Positions 1 through 14,000 of a stretch of 64,000 bases of DNA are shown here, piece after piece (the first letter of the stretch is position 1; each line of letters starts with the position of its first letter). Below the pieces are notes generated by a model. That model saw only the letters and a program-made list of their open reading frames with translations. It was not told the origin of the DNA and ran no database searches. This DNA is from Bugula neritina. Taxonomy: Eukaryota; Animalia; Bryozoa. The DNA is taken from positions 18,625,081 through 18,689,080 of the forward strand of contig OZ037766.1 of the NCBI GenBank assembly GCA_964035545.1, in the 5' to 3' direction. The translations under genes and the position numbers were made by a program.

Positions 1-190
1 TACAGCGTATTTCAGTATGTTGCAGTATATTTCAGTATGTTACAATAAATTTCAGTATGTTACAGTACATTGCCGTAAATTACACTATACTTCAGTGAGT
101 TGTAGTATATTTCAGTATCTTGCAGTATATCTCAGTATGTTACAGTATATTTCAGTATGTTGCAGTATATTTCAGCGTGTTTGAGTATAT

Positions 191-3100
191 TTCAGTATGA
201 CACAGTGCATTTCCAGATATTACGCTATACTTCAGTGAGTTTTAGTGTCTTTCAGTATGTTGCAGTATATTTCGGTATTTTGCAACATATTTCAATATGT
301 TGCAATGTATTTCAATATGTTACAGTGTATTTCAGTATGTTGCAGTATGTTGCAATGTATTTCAGTATGTTACAGTGTATTTCAGTAGGTTTCAGTATCT
401 TGCAGTATATTTCAGCATGTTGCAGTATATTTCAGGATGTTGCAGTATATTTCAGTATGTTACAGTGTTTTGCAGTATTTTGCAGTATGTTTCAGTGTGT
501 TACAGTATATTTCATTATGTTGCAGTATGTTGCAGTATATTTCAGTAGTTTGCAACATATTTCAGTAGGTTACCATATATTTCGGTATGTTGCAGCATAT
601 TTCAATGTGTTGCAGTGTATTTCAATATGTTACAGTGTATTTCAGTATGTTGCAGTGTGTTGCAGTATGATGCAGCATGTTGCAGTGTATTTCTGTATGT
701 TACAGTGTAATTCGGAATGTTGCAGTATATTTCAGTATGTTACAGTATGTTTCAGTATGTTGCAGTATATTTCAGTGGGTTATAGTATATTTCAGTATGA
801 TACAGCGTATTTCAGTATGTTACAGTGTATTTCAGTAAGTTGCAGTATTTTGCAATATATTTCAGTATGTTACAGCGTATTTCAGTATGTTGCAGTATAT
901 TTCAGTATGTTACAATAAATTTCAGTATGTTACAGTACATTGCCGTAAATTACACTATACTTCAGTGAGTTGTAGTATATTTCAGTATCTTGCAGTATAT
1001 CTCAGTATGTTACAGTATATTTCAGTATGTTACAGTATATTTCAGTTTGTTACAGTAAATTTCAGTATGTTACAGTGCATTTGCAGATATTACACTATAC
1101 TTCAGTGAGTTTTAGTGTCTTTCAGTATGTTGCAGTATATTTCGGTATCTTGCAACTTATTTCAATGTGTTGCAATGTAATTCAATATGTTACAGTGTAT
1201 TTCAGTATGTTACAGTGTATTTCAGTATGTTGCAGTATTTTGCAATATATATCAGTATGTTACAGTGTATTTCAGTATGTTGCAGTATATTTCAGTATGT
1301 TACAATAAATTTCAGTATGTTACAGTATATTTCCGTAAATTACACTATACTTCAGTGAGTTGTAGTATATTTCAGTATCTTGCAGTATATCTCAGTATGT
1401 TACAGTATATTTCAGTATGTTACAGTATATTTCAGTTTGTTACAGTAAATTTCAGTATGTTACAGTGCTTTTGCAGATATTACACTATACTTCAGTGAGT
1501 TTTAGTGTCTTTCATTATGTTGCAGTATATTTCAGTATGTTGCAGTATTTTGCAATACATTTTATTATGTTACAGTGTATTTCAGTATGTTGCAGTATAT
1601 TTCAGTTTGATACAATAAATTTCAGTATGTTACAGTACATTTCCGTAAATTACACTATACTTCAGTGAGTTGTAGTATATTTCAGTATCTTGCAGTATAT
1701 CTCAGTATGTTACAGTATATTTCAGTATGTTGCAGTATATTTCAGCGTGTTTGAGTATATTTCAGTATGACACAGTGCATTTCCAGATATTACGCTATAC
1801 TTCAGTGAGTTTTAGTCTCTTTCAGTATGTTGCAGTATATTTCGGTATTTTGCAACATATTTCAATATGTTGCAATGTATTTCAATATGTTACAGTGTAT
1901 TTCAGTATGTTGCAGTATGTTGCAATGTATTTCAGTATGTTACAGTGTAATTCAGTAGGTTTCAGTATCTTGCAGTATATTTCAGCATGTTGCAGTATAT
2001 TTCAGGATGTGGCAGTATATTTCAGTATGTTACAGTGTTTTGCAGTATTTTGCAGTATATTTCAGTGTGTTGAAGTATATTTCATTATGTTGCAGTATGT
2101 TGCAGTATATTTCAGTAGTTTGCAACATATTTCAGTAGGTTACCATATATTTCGGTATGTTGCAGCATATTTCAAGGTGTTGCAGTGTATTTCAATATTT
2201 TACAGTGTATTTCAGTATGTTGCAGTATGTTCCATTATGCTGCAGTGTATTTCTGTATGTTACAGTGTAATTCAGAATGTTGCAGTATATTTCAGTATGT
2301 TACAGTATGTTTCAGTATGTTGCAGTATATTTCAGTGGGTTATAGTATATTTCAGTATGATACAGCGTATTTCAGTATGTTACAGTGTATTTCAGTATGT
2401 TGCAGTATTTTGCAATATATTTCAGTATGTTACAGCGTATTTCAGTATGTTGCAGTATATTTCAGTATGTTACAATAAATTTCAGTATGTTACAGTACAT
2501 TGCCGTAAATTACACTATACTTCAGTGAGTTGTAGTATATTTCAGTATCTTGCAGTATATCTCAGTATGTTACTGTATATTTCAGTATGTTACAGTATAT
2601 TTCAGTGTGTTACAGTAAATTTCAGTATGACACAGTGCATTTCCAGATATTACGCTATACTTCAGTGAGTTTTAGTGTCTTTCAGTATGTTGCAGTATAT
2701 TTCGGTATTTTGCAACATATTTCAATATGTTGCAATGTATTTCAATATGTTACAGTGTATTTCAGTATGTTGCAGTATGTTGCAATGTATTTCAGTATGT
2801 TACAGTGTATTTCAGTAGGTTTCAGTATCTTGCAGTATATTTCAGCATGTTGCAGTATATTTCAGGATGTTGCAGTATATTTCAGTATGTTACAGTGTTT
2901 TGCAGTATTTTGCAGTATGTTTCAGTGTGTTACAGTATATTTCATTATGTTGCAGTATGTTGCAGTATATTTCAGTAGTTTGCAACATATTTCAGTAGGT
3001 TACCATATATTTCGGTATGTTGCAGCATATTTCAATGTGTTGCAGTGTATTTCAATATGTTACAGTGTATTTCAGTATGTTGCAGTGTGTTGCAGTATGA

Positions 3101-5059
3101 TGCAGCATGTTGCAGTGTATTTCTGTATGTTACAGTGTAATTCGGAATGTTGCAGTATATTTCAGTATGTTACAGTATGTTTCAGTATGTTGCAGTATAT
3201 TTCAGTGGGTTATAGTATATTTCAGTATGATACAGCGTATTTCAGTATGTTACAGTGTATTTCAGTAAGTTGCAGTATTTTGCAATATATTTCAGTATGT
3301 TACAGCGTATTTCAGTATGTTGCAGTATATTTCAGTATGTTACAATAAATTTCAGTATGTTACAGTACATTGCCGTAAATTACACTATACTTCAGTGAGT
3401 TGTAGTATATTTCAGTATCTTGCAGTATATCTCAGTATGTTACAGTATATTTCAGTATGTTACAGTATATTTCAGTTTGTTACAGTAAATTTCAGTATGT
3501 TACAGTGCATTTGCAGATATTACACTATACTTCAGTGAGTTTTAGTGTCTTTCAGTATGTTGCAGTATATTTCGGTATCTTGCAACTTATTTCAATGTGT
3601 TGCAATGTAATTCAATATGTTACAGTGTATTTCAGTATGTTACAGTGTATTTCAGTATGTTGCAGTATTTTGCAATATATATCAGTATGTTACAGTGTAT
3701 TTCAGTATGTTGCAGTATATTTCAGTATGTTACAATAAATTTCAGTATGTTACAGTATATTTCCGTAAATTACACTATACTTCAGTGAGTTGTAGTATAT
3801 TTCAGTATCTTGCAGTATATCTCAGTATGTTACAGTATATTTCAGTATGTTACAGTATATTTCAGTTTGTTACAGTAAATTTCAGTATGTTACAGTGCTT
3901 TTGCAGATATTACACTATACTTCAGTGAGTTTTAGTGTCTTTCATTATGTTGCAGTATATTTCAGTATGTTGCAGTGTTTTGCAATACATTTTATTATGT
4001 TACAGTGTATTTCAGTATGTTGCAGTATATTTCAGTTTGATACAATAAATTTCAGTATGTTACAGTACATTTCCGTAAATTACACTATACTTCAGTGAGT
4101 TGTAGTATATTTCAGTATCTTGCAGTATATCTCAGTATGTTACAGTATATTTCAGTATGTTGCAGTATATTTCAGCGTGTTTGAGTATATTTCAGTATGA
4201 CACAGTGCATTTCCAGATATTACGCTATACTTCAGTGAGTTTTAGTCTCTTTCAGTATGTTGCAGTATATTTCGGTATTTTGCAACATATTTCAATATGT
4301 TGCAATGTATTTCAATATGTTACAGTGTATTTCAGTATGTTGCAGTATGTTGCAATGTATTTCAGTATGTTACAGTGTAATTCAGTAGGTTTCAGTATCT
4401 TGCAGTATATTTCAGCATGTTGCAGTATATTTCAGGATGTGGCAGTATATTTCAGTATGTTACAGTGTTTTGCAGTATTTTGCAGTATATTTCAGTGTGT
4501 TGAAGTATATTTCATTATGTTGCAGTATGTTGCAGTATATTTCAGTAGTTTGCAACATATTTCAGTAGGTTACCATATATTTCGGTATGTTGCAGCATAT
4601 TTCAAGGTGTTGCAGTGTATTTCAATATTTTACAGTGTATTTCAGTATGTTGCAGTATGTTCCATTATGCTGCAGTGTATTTCTGTATGTTACAGTGTAA
4701 TTCAGAATGTTGCAGTATATTTCAGTATGTTACAGTATGTTTCAGTATGTTGCAGTATATTTCAGTGGGTTATAGTATATTTCAGTATGATACAGCGTAT
4801 TTCAGTATGTTACAGTGTATTTCAGTATGTTGCAGTATTTTGCAATATATTTCAGTATGTTACAGCGTATTTCAGTATGTTGCAGTATATTTCAGTATGT
4901 TACAATAAATTTCAGTATGTTACAGTACATTGCCGTAAATTACACTATACTTCAGTGAGTTGTAGTATATTTCAGTATCTTGCAGTATATCTCAGTATGT
5001 TACTGTATATTTCAGTATGTTACAGTATATTTCAGTGTGTTACAGTAAATTTCAGTATG
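191..5059. repeat. Higher-order tandem duplication, period 2430 bp (2 copies)
   Basis: ORF-track pairs are offset by 2430 (297/2727, 887/3317, 1027/3457, 1727/4157). Rare variants recur at the same offset: ttcagtaagt 831/3261, tacagtgctt 1461/3891, ggcagtatat 2011/4441. Confidence 0.92.
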
Positions 5060-8000
5060 TTACAGTGCATTTGCAGATATTACACTATACTTTAGTGAGT
5101 TTTAGTGTCTTTCAGTATGTTGCAGTATATTTCGGTATCTTGCAACTTATTTCAATGTGTTGCAATGTAATTCAATATGTTACAGTGTATTTCAGTATGT
5201 TACAGTGTATTTCAGTATGTTGCAGTATTTTGCAATATATATCAGTATGTTACAGTGTAATTCAGTATGTTGCAGTATATTTCAGTATGTTACAATAAAT
5301 TTCAGTATGTTACAGTATATTTCCGTAAATCACACTATACTTCAGTGAGTTGTAGTATATTTCAGTATCTTGCAGTATATTTCAGTATGTTACAGTATAT
5401 TTTAGTTTGTTACAGTAAATTTCAGTATGTTACAGTGCATTTGCAGATATTACACTATACTTCAGTGAGTTTTAGTGTCTTTCATTATGTTGCAGTATAT
5501 TTCAGTATGTTGCAGTATTTTGCAATACATTTCATTATGTTACAGTGTATTTCAGTATGTTGCAGTATATTTCAGTTTGATACAATAAATTTCAGTATGT
5601 TACAGTACATTTCCGTAAATTACACTATACTTCAGTGAGTTAAAGTATATTTCAGTATCTTGCAGTATATCTCAGAATGTTACAGTATATTTCAGTATGT
5701 TGCAGTATATTTCAGCGTGTTTGAGTATATTTCAGTATGACACAGTGCATTTCCAGATATTACGCTATACTTCAGTGAGTTTTAGTGTCTTTCAGTGTGT
5801 TGCAGTATATTTCGGTATTTTGCAACATATTTCAATATGTTGCAATGTATTTCAATATGTTACAGTGTATTTCAGTATGTTGCAGTATGTTGCAATGTAT
5901 TTCAGTATGTTACAGTGTATTTCAGTAGGTTTCAGTATCTTGCAGTATATTTCAGCATGTTGCAGTATATTTCAGGATGTTGCAGTATATTTCAGTATGT
6001 TACAGTGTTTTGCAGTATTTTGCAGTATATTTCACTGTGTTAAAGTATATTTCATTATGTTGCAGTATGTTGCAGTATATTTCAGTAGTTTGCAACATAT
6101 TTCAGTAGGTTACCATATATTTCGGTATGTTGCAGCATATTTCAATGTGTTGCAGTGTATTTCAATATGTTACAGTGTATTTCAGTATGTTGCTGTATGT
6201 TGCACTGTATTTCTGTATGTTACGGTGTAGTTCAGTATGTTGCAGTATATTTCAGTATGTTACAGTATGTTTCAGTATGTTGCAGTGTATTTCCGTGGGT
6301 TATAGTATATTCAAGTATGATACAGCATATTTCAGTATGTTACAGTGTATTTCAGTATGTTGCAGTATTTTGCAACGCATTTCAGTATGTTACAGTGTAT
6401 TTCAGTATGTTGCAGTATATTTCAGTATTTTACAATAAATTTCAGTATATTACAGTACATTTCCGTAAATTACGCCATACTTCAGTGAGTTGTAGTATAT
6501 TTCAGTATCATGCAGTATATCTCAGTATGTTACAGTATATTTCAGTATGTTACAGTATGTTTCAGTGTGTTACAGTATGTTGCAGAATATTTCAGTAGTT
6601 TGCAACATATTTCAGTAGGTTACCATATATTTCGGTATGTTGCAGCATATTTCAATGTGTTGCAGTGTATTTCAATATGTTACAGTGTATTTCAGTATGT
6701 TGCAGTATGTTGCAGTATGATGCAGCATGTTGCAGTGTATCTCTTTATGTTTCAGTGTATTTCTGTATGTTACAGTGTATTTCAGTATGTTGCAGTATAT
6801 TTCAGTATGTTACAGTATGTTTCAGTATGTTGCAGTATATTTCAGTGGGTTATAGTATATTTCAGTATGATACAGCATATTTCAGTATGTTACAGTGTAT
6901 TTCAGTATGTTGCAGTATTTTGCAATATATTTCAGTATGTTACAGCGTATTTCAGTATGTTGCAGTATATTTCAGTATGTTACAATAAATTTCAGTATGT
7001 TACAGTACATTGCCGTAAATGACACTATACTTCAGTGAGTTGTAGTATATTTCAGTATCTAGCAGTATATCTCAGTATGTTACTGTATATTTCAGTATGT
7101 TACAGTATATTTTAGTTTGTTACAGTAAATTTCAGTATGTTACAGTGCATTTGCAGATATTACACTATACTTCAGTGAGTTTTAGTGTCTTTCATTATGT
7201 TGCAGTATATTTCAGTATGTTGCAGTATTTTGCAATACATTTTATTATGTTACAGTGTATTTCAGTATGTTGCAGTATATTTCAGTTTGATACAATAAAT
7301 TTCAGTATGTTACAGTACATTTCCGTAAATTACACTATACTTCAGTGAGTTGTAGTATATTTCAGTATCTTGCAGTATATCTCAGTATGTTACAGTATAT
7401 TTCAGTATGTTGCAGTATATTTCAGCGTGTTTGAGTATATTTCAGTATGACACAGTGCATTTCCAGATATTACGCTATACTTCAGTGAGTTTTAGTGTCT
7501 TTCAGTATGTTGCAGTATATTTCGGTATTTTGCAACATATTTCAATATGTTGCAATGTATTTCAATATGTTACAGTGTATTTCAGTATGTTGCAGTATGT
7601 TGCAATGTATTTCAGTATGTTACAGTGTATTTCAGTAGGTTTCAGTATCTTGCAGTATATTTCAGCATGTTGCAGTATATCTCAGGATGTTGCAGTATAT
7701 TTCAGTATGTTACAGTGTTTTGCAGTATTTTGCAGTATATTTCAGTGTGTTACAGTATATTTTATTATGTTGCAGTATGTTGCAGTATATTTCAGTAGTT
7801 TGCAACATATTTCAGTAGGTTACCATATATTTCGGTATGTTGCAGCATATGTCAATGTGTTGCAGTGTATTTCAATATGTTACAGTGTATTTCAGTATGT
7901 TGCAGTATGTTGCAGTATGATGCAGCATGTTGCAGTGTATTTCTGTATGTTACAGTGTAATTCGGAATGTTGCAGTATATTTCAGTATGTTACAGTATGT

Positions 8001-11000
8001 TTCAGTATGTTGCAGTATATTTCAGTGGGTTATAGTATATTTCAGTATGATACAGCGTATTTCAGTATGTTACAGTGTATTTCAGTATGTTGCAGTATTT
8101 TGCAATATATTTCAGTATGTTACAGCGTATTTCAGTATGTTGCAGTATATTTCAGTATGTTACATTAAATTTCAGTATGTTACAGTACATTGCCGTAAAT
8201 TACACTATACTTCAGTGAGTTGTAGTATATTTCAGTATCTTGCAGTATATCTCAGTATGTTACCGTATATTTCAGTATGTTACAGTATATTTCAGTGTGT
8301 TACAGTAAATTTCAGTATGTTACAGTGTATTTCAGTATGTTGCAGTATTTTGCAATATATATCAGTATGTTACAGTGTATTTCAGTATGTTGCAGTATAT
8401 TTCAGTATGTTACAATAAATTTCAGTATGTTACAGTATATTTCCGTAAATCACACTATACTTCAGTGAGTTGTAGTATATTTCAGTATCTTGCAGTATAT
8501 CTCAGTATGTTACAGTATATTTCAGTACGTTACAGTATATTTTAGTTTGTTACAGTAAATTTCAGTATGTTACAGTGCATTTGCAGATATTACACTATAC
8601 TTCAGTGAGTTTTAGTGTCTTTCATTATGTTGCAGTATATTTCGGTATGTTGCAGTATTTTGCAATACATTTTATTATGTTACAGTGTATTTCAGTATGT
8701 TGCAGTATATTTCAGTTTGATACAATAAATTTCAGTATGTTACAGTACATTTCCGTAAATTACACTATACTTCAGTGAGTTGTAGTATATTTCAGTATCT
8801 TGCAGTATATCTCAGAATGTTACAGTATATTTCAGTATGTTGCAGTATATTTCAGCGTGTTTGAGTATATTTCAGTATGACACAGTGCATTTCCAGATAT
8901 TACGCTATACTTCAGTGAGTTTTAGTGTCTTTCAGTATGTTGCAGTATATTTCGGTATTTTGCAACATATTTCAATATGTTGCAATGTATTTCAATATGT
9001 TACAGTGTATTTCAGTATGTTGCAGTATGTTGCAATGTATTTCAGTATGTTACAGTGTATTTCAGTAGGTTTCAGTATCTTGCAGTATATTTCAGCATGT
9101 TGCAGTATATTTCAGGATGTTGCAGTATATTTCAGTATGTTACAGTGTTTTGCAGTATTTTGCAGTATATTTCAGTGTGTTACAGTATATTTCATTATGT
9201 TGCAGTATGTTGCAGTATATTTCAGTAGTTTGCAACATATTTCAGTAGGTTACCATATATTTCGGTATGTTGCAGCATATTTCAATGTGTTGCATTGTAT
9301 TTCAATATGTTACAGTGTATTTCAGTATGTTGCTGTATGTTGCAGTGTATTTCTGTATGTTACGGTGTAGTTCAGTATGTTGCAGTATATTTCAGTATGT
9401 TACAGTATGTTTCAGTATGTTGCAGTGTATTTCTGTGGGTTATAGTATATTCAAGTATGATACAGCATATTTCAGTATGTTACAGTGTATTTCAGTATGT
9501 TGCAGTATTTTGCAACGCATTTCAGTATGTTACAGTGTATTTCAGTATGTTGCAGTATATTTCAGTATGTTACAATAAATTTCAGTATATTACAGTACAT
9601 TTCCGTAAATTACGCTATACTTCAGTGAGTTGTAGTATATTTCAGTATCATGCAGTATATCTCAGTATGTTACAGTATATTTCAGTATGTTACAGTATGT
9701 TTCAGTGTGTTACAGTATGTTGCAGTATATTTCAGTAGTTTGCAACATATTTCAGTAGGTCACCATATATTTCGGTATGTTGCAGCATATTTCAATGTGT
9801 TGCAGTGTATTTCAATATGTTACAGTGTATTTCAGTATGTTGCAGTATGTTGCAGTATGATGCAGCATGTTGCAGTGTATTTCTTTATGTTACAGTGTAA
9901 TTCGGAATGTTGCAGTATATTTCAGTATGTTACAGTATGTTTCAGTATGTTGCAGTATATTTCAGTGGGTTATAGTATATTTCAGTATGATACAGCGTAT
10001 TTCAGTATGTTACAGTGTATTTCAGTATGTTGCAGTATTTTGCAAAATATTTCAGTATGTTACAGCGTATTTCAGTATGTTGCAGTATTTTGCAATATAT
10101 ATCAGTATGTTACAGTGTATTTCAGTATGTTGCAGTATATTTCAGTATGTTACAATAAATTTCAGTGAGTTGTAGTACATTTCAGTATCTTGCAGTATAT
10201 CTCAGTATGTTACTGTATATTTCAGTATCTTGCAGTATATCTCAATATGTTACTGTATATTTCAGTATGTTACAGTATATTTCAGTGTGTTACAGTAAAT
10301 TTCAGTATGTTACAGTGCATTTGCAGATATTACGCTATACTTTAGTGAGTTTTAGTGTCTTTCAGTATGTTGCAGTATATTTCAGTATGTTGCAGTATTT
10401 TGCAATATATATCAGTATGTTACAGTGTATTTCAGTATGTTGCAGTATATTTCAGTATGTTACAATAAATTTCAGTATGTTACAGTATATTTCCGTAAAT
10501 TACTCTATACTTCAGTGAGTTGTAGTATATTTCAGTATCTTGCAGTATATCTCAGTATGTTACAGTATATTTCAGTATGTTACAGTATATTTCAGTTTGT
10601 TACAGTAAATTTCAGTATGTTACAGTGCATTTGCAGATATTACACTATACTTCAGTGAGTTTTAGTGTCTTTCAGTATGTTGCAGTATATTTCGGTATCT
10701 TGCAACTTATTTCAATGTGTTGCAATGTAATTCAATATGTTACAGTGTATTTCAGTATGTTACAGTGTATTTCAGTATGTTGCAGTATTTTGCAATATAT
10801 ATCAGTATGTTACAGTGTATTTCAGTATGTTGCAGTATATTTCAGTATGTTACAATAAATTTCAGTATGTTACAGTATATTTCCGTAAATTACACTATAC
10901 TTCAGTGAGTTGTAGTATATTTCAGTATCTTGCAGTATATCTCAGTATGTTACAGTATATTTCAGTATGTTACAGTATATTTCAGTTTGTTACAGTAAAT

Positions 11001-14000
11001 TTCAGTATGTTACAGTGCATTTGCAGATATTACACTATACTTCAGTGAGTTTTAGTGTCTTTCATTATGTTGCAGTATATTTCAGTATGTTGCAGTATTT
11101 TGCAATACATTTTATTATGTTACAGTGTATTTCAGTATGTTGCAGTATATTTCAGTTTGATACAATAAATTTCAGTATGTTACAGTACATTTCCGTAAAT
11201 TACACTATACTTCAGTGAGTTGTAGTATATTTCAGTATCTTGCAGTATATCTCAGTATGTTACAGTATATTTCAGTATGTTGCAGTATATTTCAGCGTGT
11301 TTGAGTATATTTCAGTATGACACAGTGCATTTCCAGATATTACGCTATACTTCAGTGAGTTTTAGTCTCTTTCAGTAGGTTGCAGTATATTTCGGTATTT
11401 TGCAACATATTTCAATATGTTGCAATGTATTTCAATATGTTACAGTGTATTTCAGTATGTTGCAGTATGTTGCAATGTATTTCAGTATGTTACAGTGTAT
11501 TTCAGTAGGTTTCAGTATCTTGCAGTATATTTCAGCATGTTGCAGTATATTTCAGGATGTTGCAGTATATTTCAGTATATTACAGTGTTTTGCAGTATTT
11601 TGCAGTATATTTCAGTGTGTTACAGTATATTTCATTATGTTGCAGTATGTTGCAGTATATTTCAGTAGTTTGCAACATATTTCAGTAGGTTACCATATAT
11701 TTCGGTATGTTGCAGCATATTTCAATGTGTTGCAGTGTATTTCAATATGTTACAGTGTATTTCAGTATGTTGCTGTATGTTGCAGTGTATTTCTGTATGT
11801 TACGGTGTAGTTCAGTATGTTGCAGTATATTTCAGTATGTTACAGTATGTTTCAGTATGTTGCAGTGTATTTCCGTGGGTTATAGTATATTCAAGTATGA
11901 TACAGCATATTTCAGTATGTTACAGTGTATTTCAGTATGTTGCAGTATTTTGCAACGCATTTCAGTATGTTACAGTGTATTTCAGTATGTTGCAGTATAT
12001 TTCAGTATGTTACAATAAATTTCAGTATATTACAGTACATTTCCGTAAATTACGCTATACTTCAGTGAGTTGTAGTATATTTCAGTATCATGCAGTATAT
12101 CTCAGTATGTTACAGTATATTTCAGTATGTTACAGTATGTTTCAGTGTGTTACAGTATGTTGCAGTATATTTCAGTAGTTTGCAACATATTTCAGTAGGT
12201 CACCATATATTTCGGTATGTTGCAGCATATTTCAATGTGTTGCAGTGTATTTCAATATGTTACAGTGTATTTCAGTATGTTGCAGTATGTTGCAGTATGA
12301 TGCAGCATGTTGCAGTGTATTTCTTTATGTTACAGTGTAATTCGGAATGTTGCAGTATATTTCAGTATGTTACAGTATGTTTCAGTATGTTGCAGTATAT
12401 TTCAGTGGGTTATAGTATATTTCAGTATGATACAGCGTATTTCAGTATGTTACAGTGTATTTCAGTATGTTGCAGTATTTTGCAATATATTTCAGTATGT
12501 TACAGCGTATTTCAGTATGTTGCAGTATATTTCAGTATGTTACAATAAATTTCAGTATGTTACAGTACATTGCCGTAAATGACACTATACTTCAGTGAGT
12601 TGTAGTATATTTCAGTATCTTGCAGTATATCTCAGTATGTTACTGTATATTTCAGTATGTTACAGTATATTTTAGTTTGTTACAGTAAATTTCAGTATGT
12701 TACAGTGCATTTGCAGATATTACACTATACTTCAGTGAGTTTTAGTGTCTTTCATTATGTTGCAGTATATTTCAGTATGTTGCAGTATTTTGCAATACAT
12801 TTTATTATGTTACAGTGTATTTCAGTATGTTGCAGTATATTTCAGTTTGATACAATAAATTTCAGTATGTTACAGTACATTTCCGTAAATTACACTATAC
12901 TTCAGTGAGTTGTAGTATATTTCAGTATCTTGCAGTATATCTCAGTATGTTACAGTATATTTCAGTATGTTGCAGTATATTTCAGCGTGTTTGAGTATAT
13001 TTCAGTATGACACAGTGCATTTCCAGATATTACGCTATACTTCAGTGAGTTTTAGTCTCTTTCAGTATGTTGCAGTATATTTCGGTATTTTGCAACATAT
13101 TTCAATATGTTGCAATGTATTTCAATATGTTACAGTGTATTTCAGTATGTTGCAGTATGTTGCAATGTATTTCAGTATGTTACAGTGTAATTCAGTAGGT
13201 TTCAGTATCTTGCAGTATATTTCAGCATGTTGCAGTATATTTCAGGATGTGGCAGTATATTTCAGTATGTTACAGTGTTTTGCAGTATTTTGCAGTATAT
13301 TTCAGTGTGTTGAAGTATATTTCATTATGTTGCAGTATGTTGCAGTATATTTCAGTAGTTTGCAACATATTTCAGTAGGTTACCATATATTTCGGTATGT
13401 TGCAGCATATTTCAAGGTGTTGCAGTGTATTTCAATATTTTACAGTGTATTTCAGTATGTTGCAGTATGTTCCATTATGCTGCAGTGTATTTCTGTATGT
13501 TACAGTGTAATTCAGAATGTTGCAGTATATTTCAGTATGTTACAGTATGTTTCAGTATGTTGCAGTATATTTCAGTGGGTTATAGTATATTTCAGTATGA
13601 TACAGCGTATTTCAGTATGTTACAGTGTATTTCAGTATGTTGCAGTATTTTGCAATATATTTCAGTATGTTACAGCGTATTTCAGTATGTTGCAGTATAT
13701 TTCAGTATGTTACAATAAATTTCAGTATGTTACAGTACATTGCCGTAAATTACACTATACTTCAGTGAGTTGTAGTATATTTCAGTATCTTGCAGTATAT
13801 CTCAGTATGTTACTGTATATTTCAGTATGTTACAGTATATTTCAGTGTGTTACAGTAAATTTCAGTATGTTACAGTGCATTTGCAGATATTACACTATAC
13901 TTTAGTGAGTTTTAGTGTCTTTCAGTATGTTGCAGTATATTTCGGTATCTTGCAACTTATTTCAATGTGTTGCAATGTAATTCAATATGTTACAGTGTAT

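Noticed and set aside
2571-2600. LexA/SOS-box-like tactgtatat...tacagta
   Set aside because: The spacing does not fit CTG-N10-CAG, it arises from a single A>T monomer variant, and the DNA is eukaryotic.
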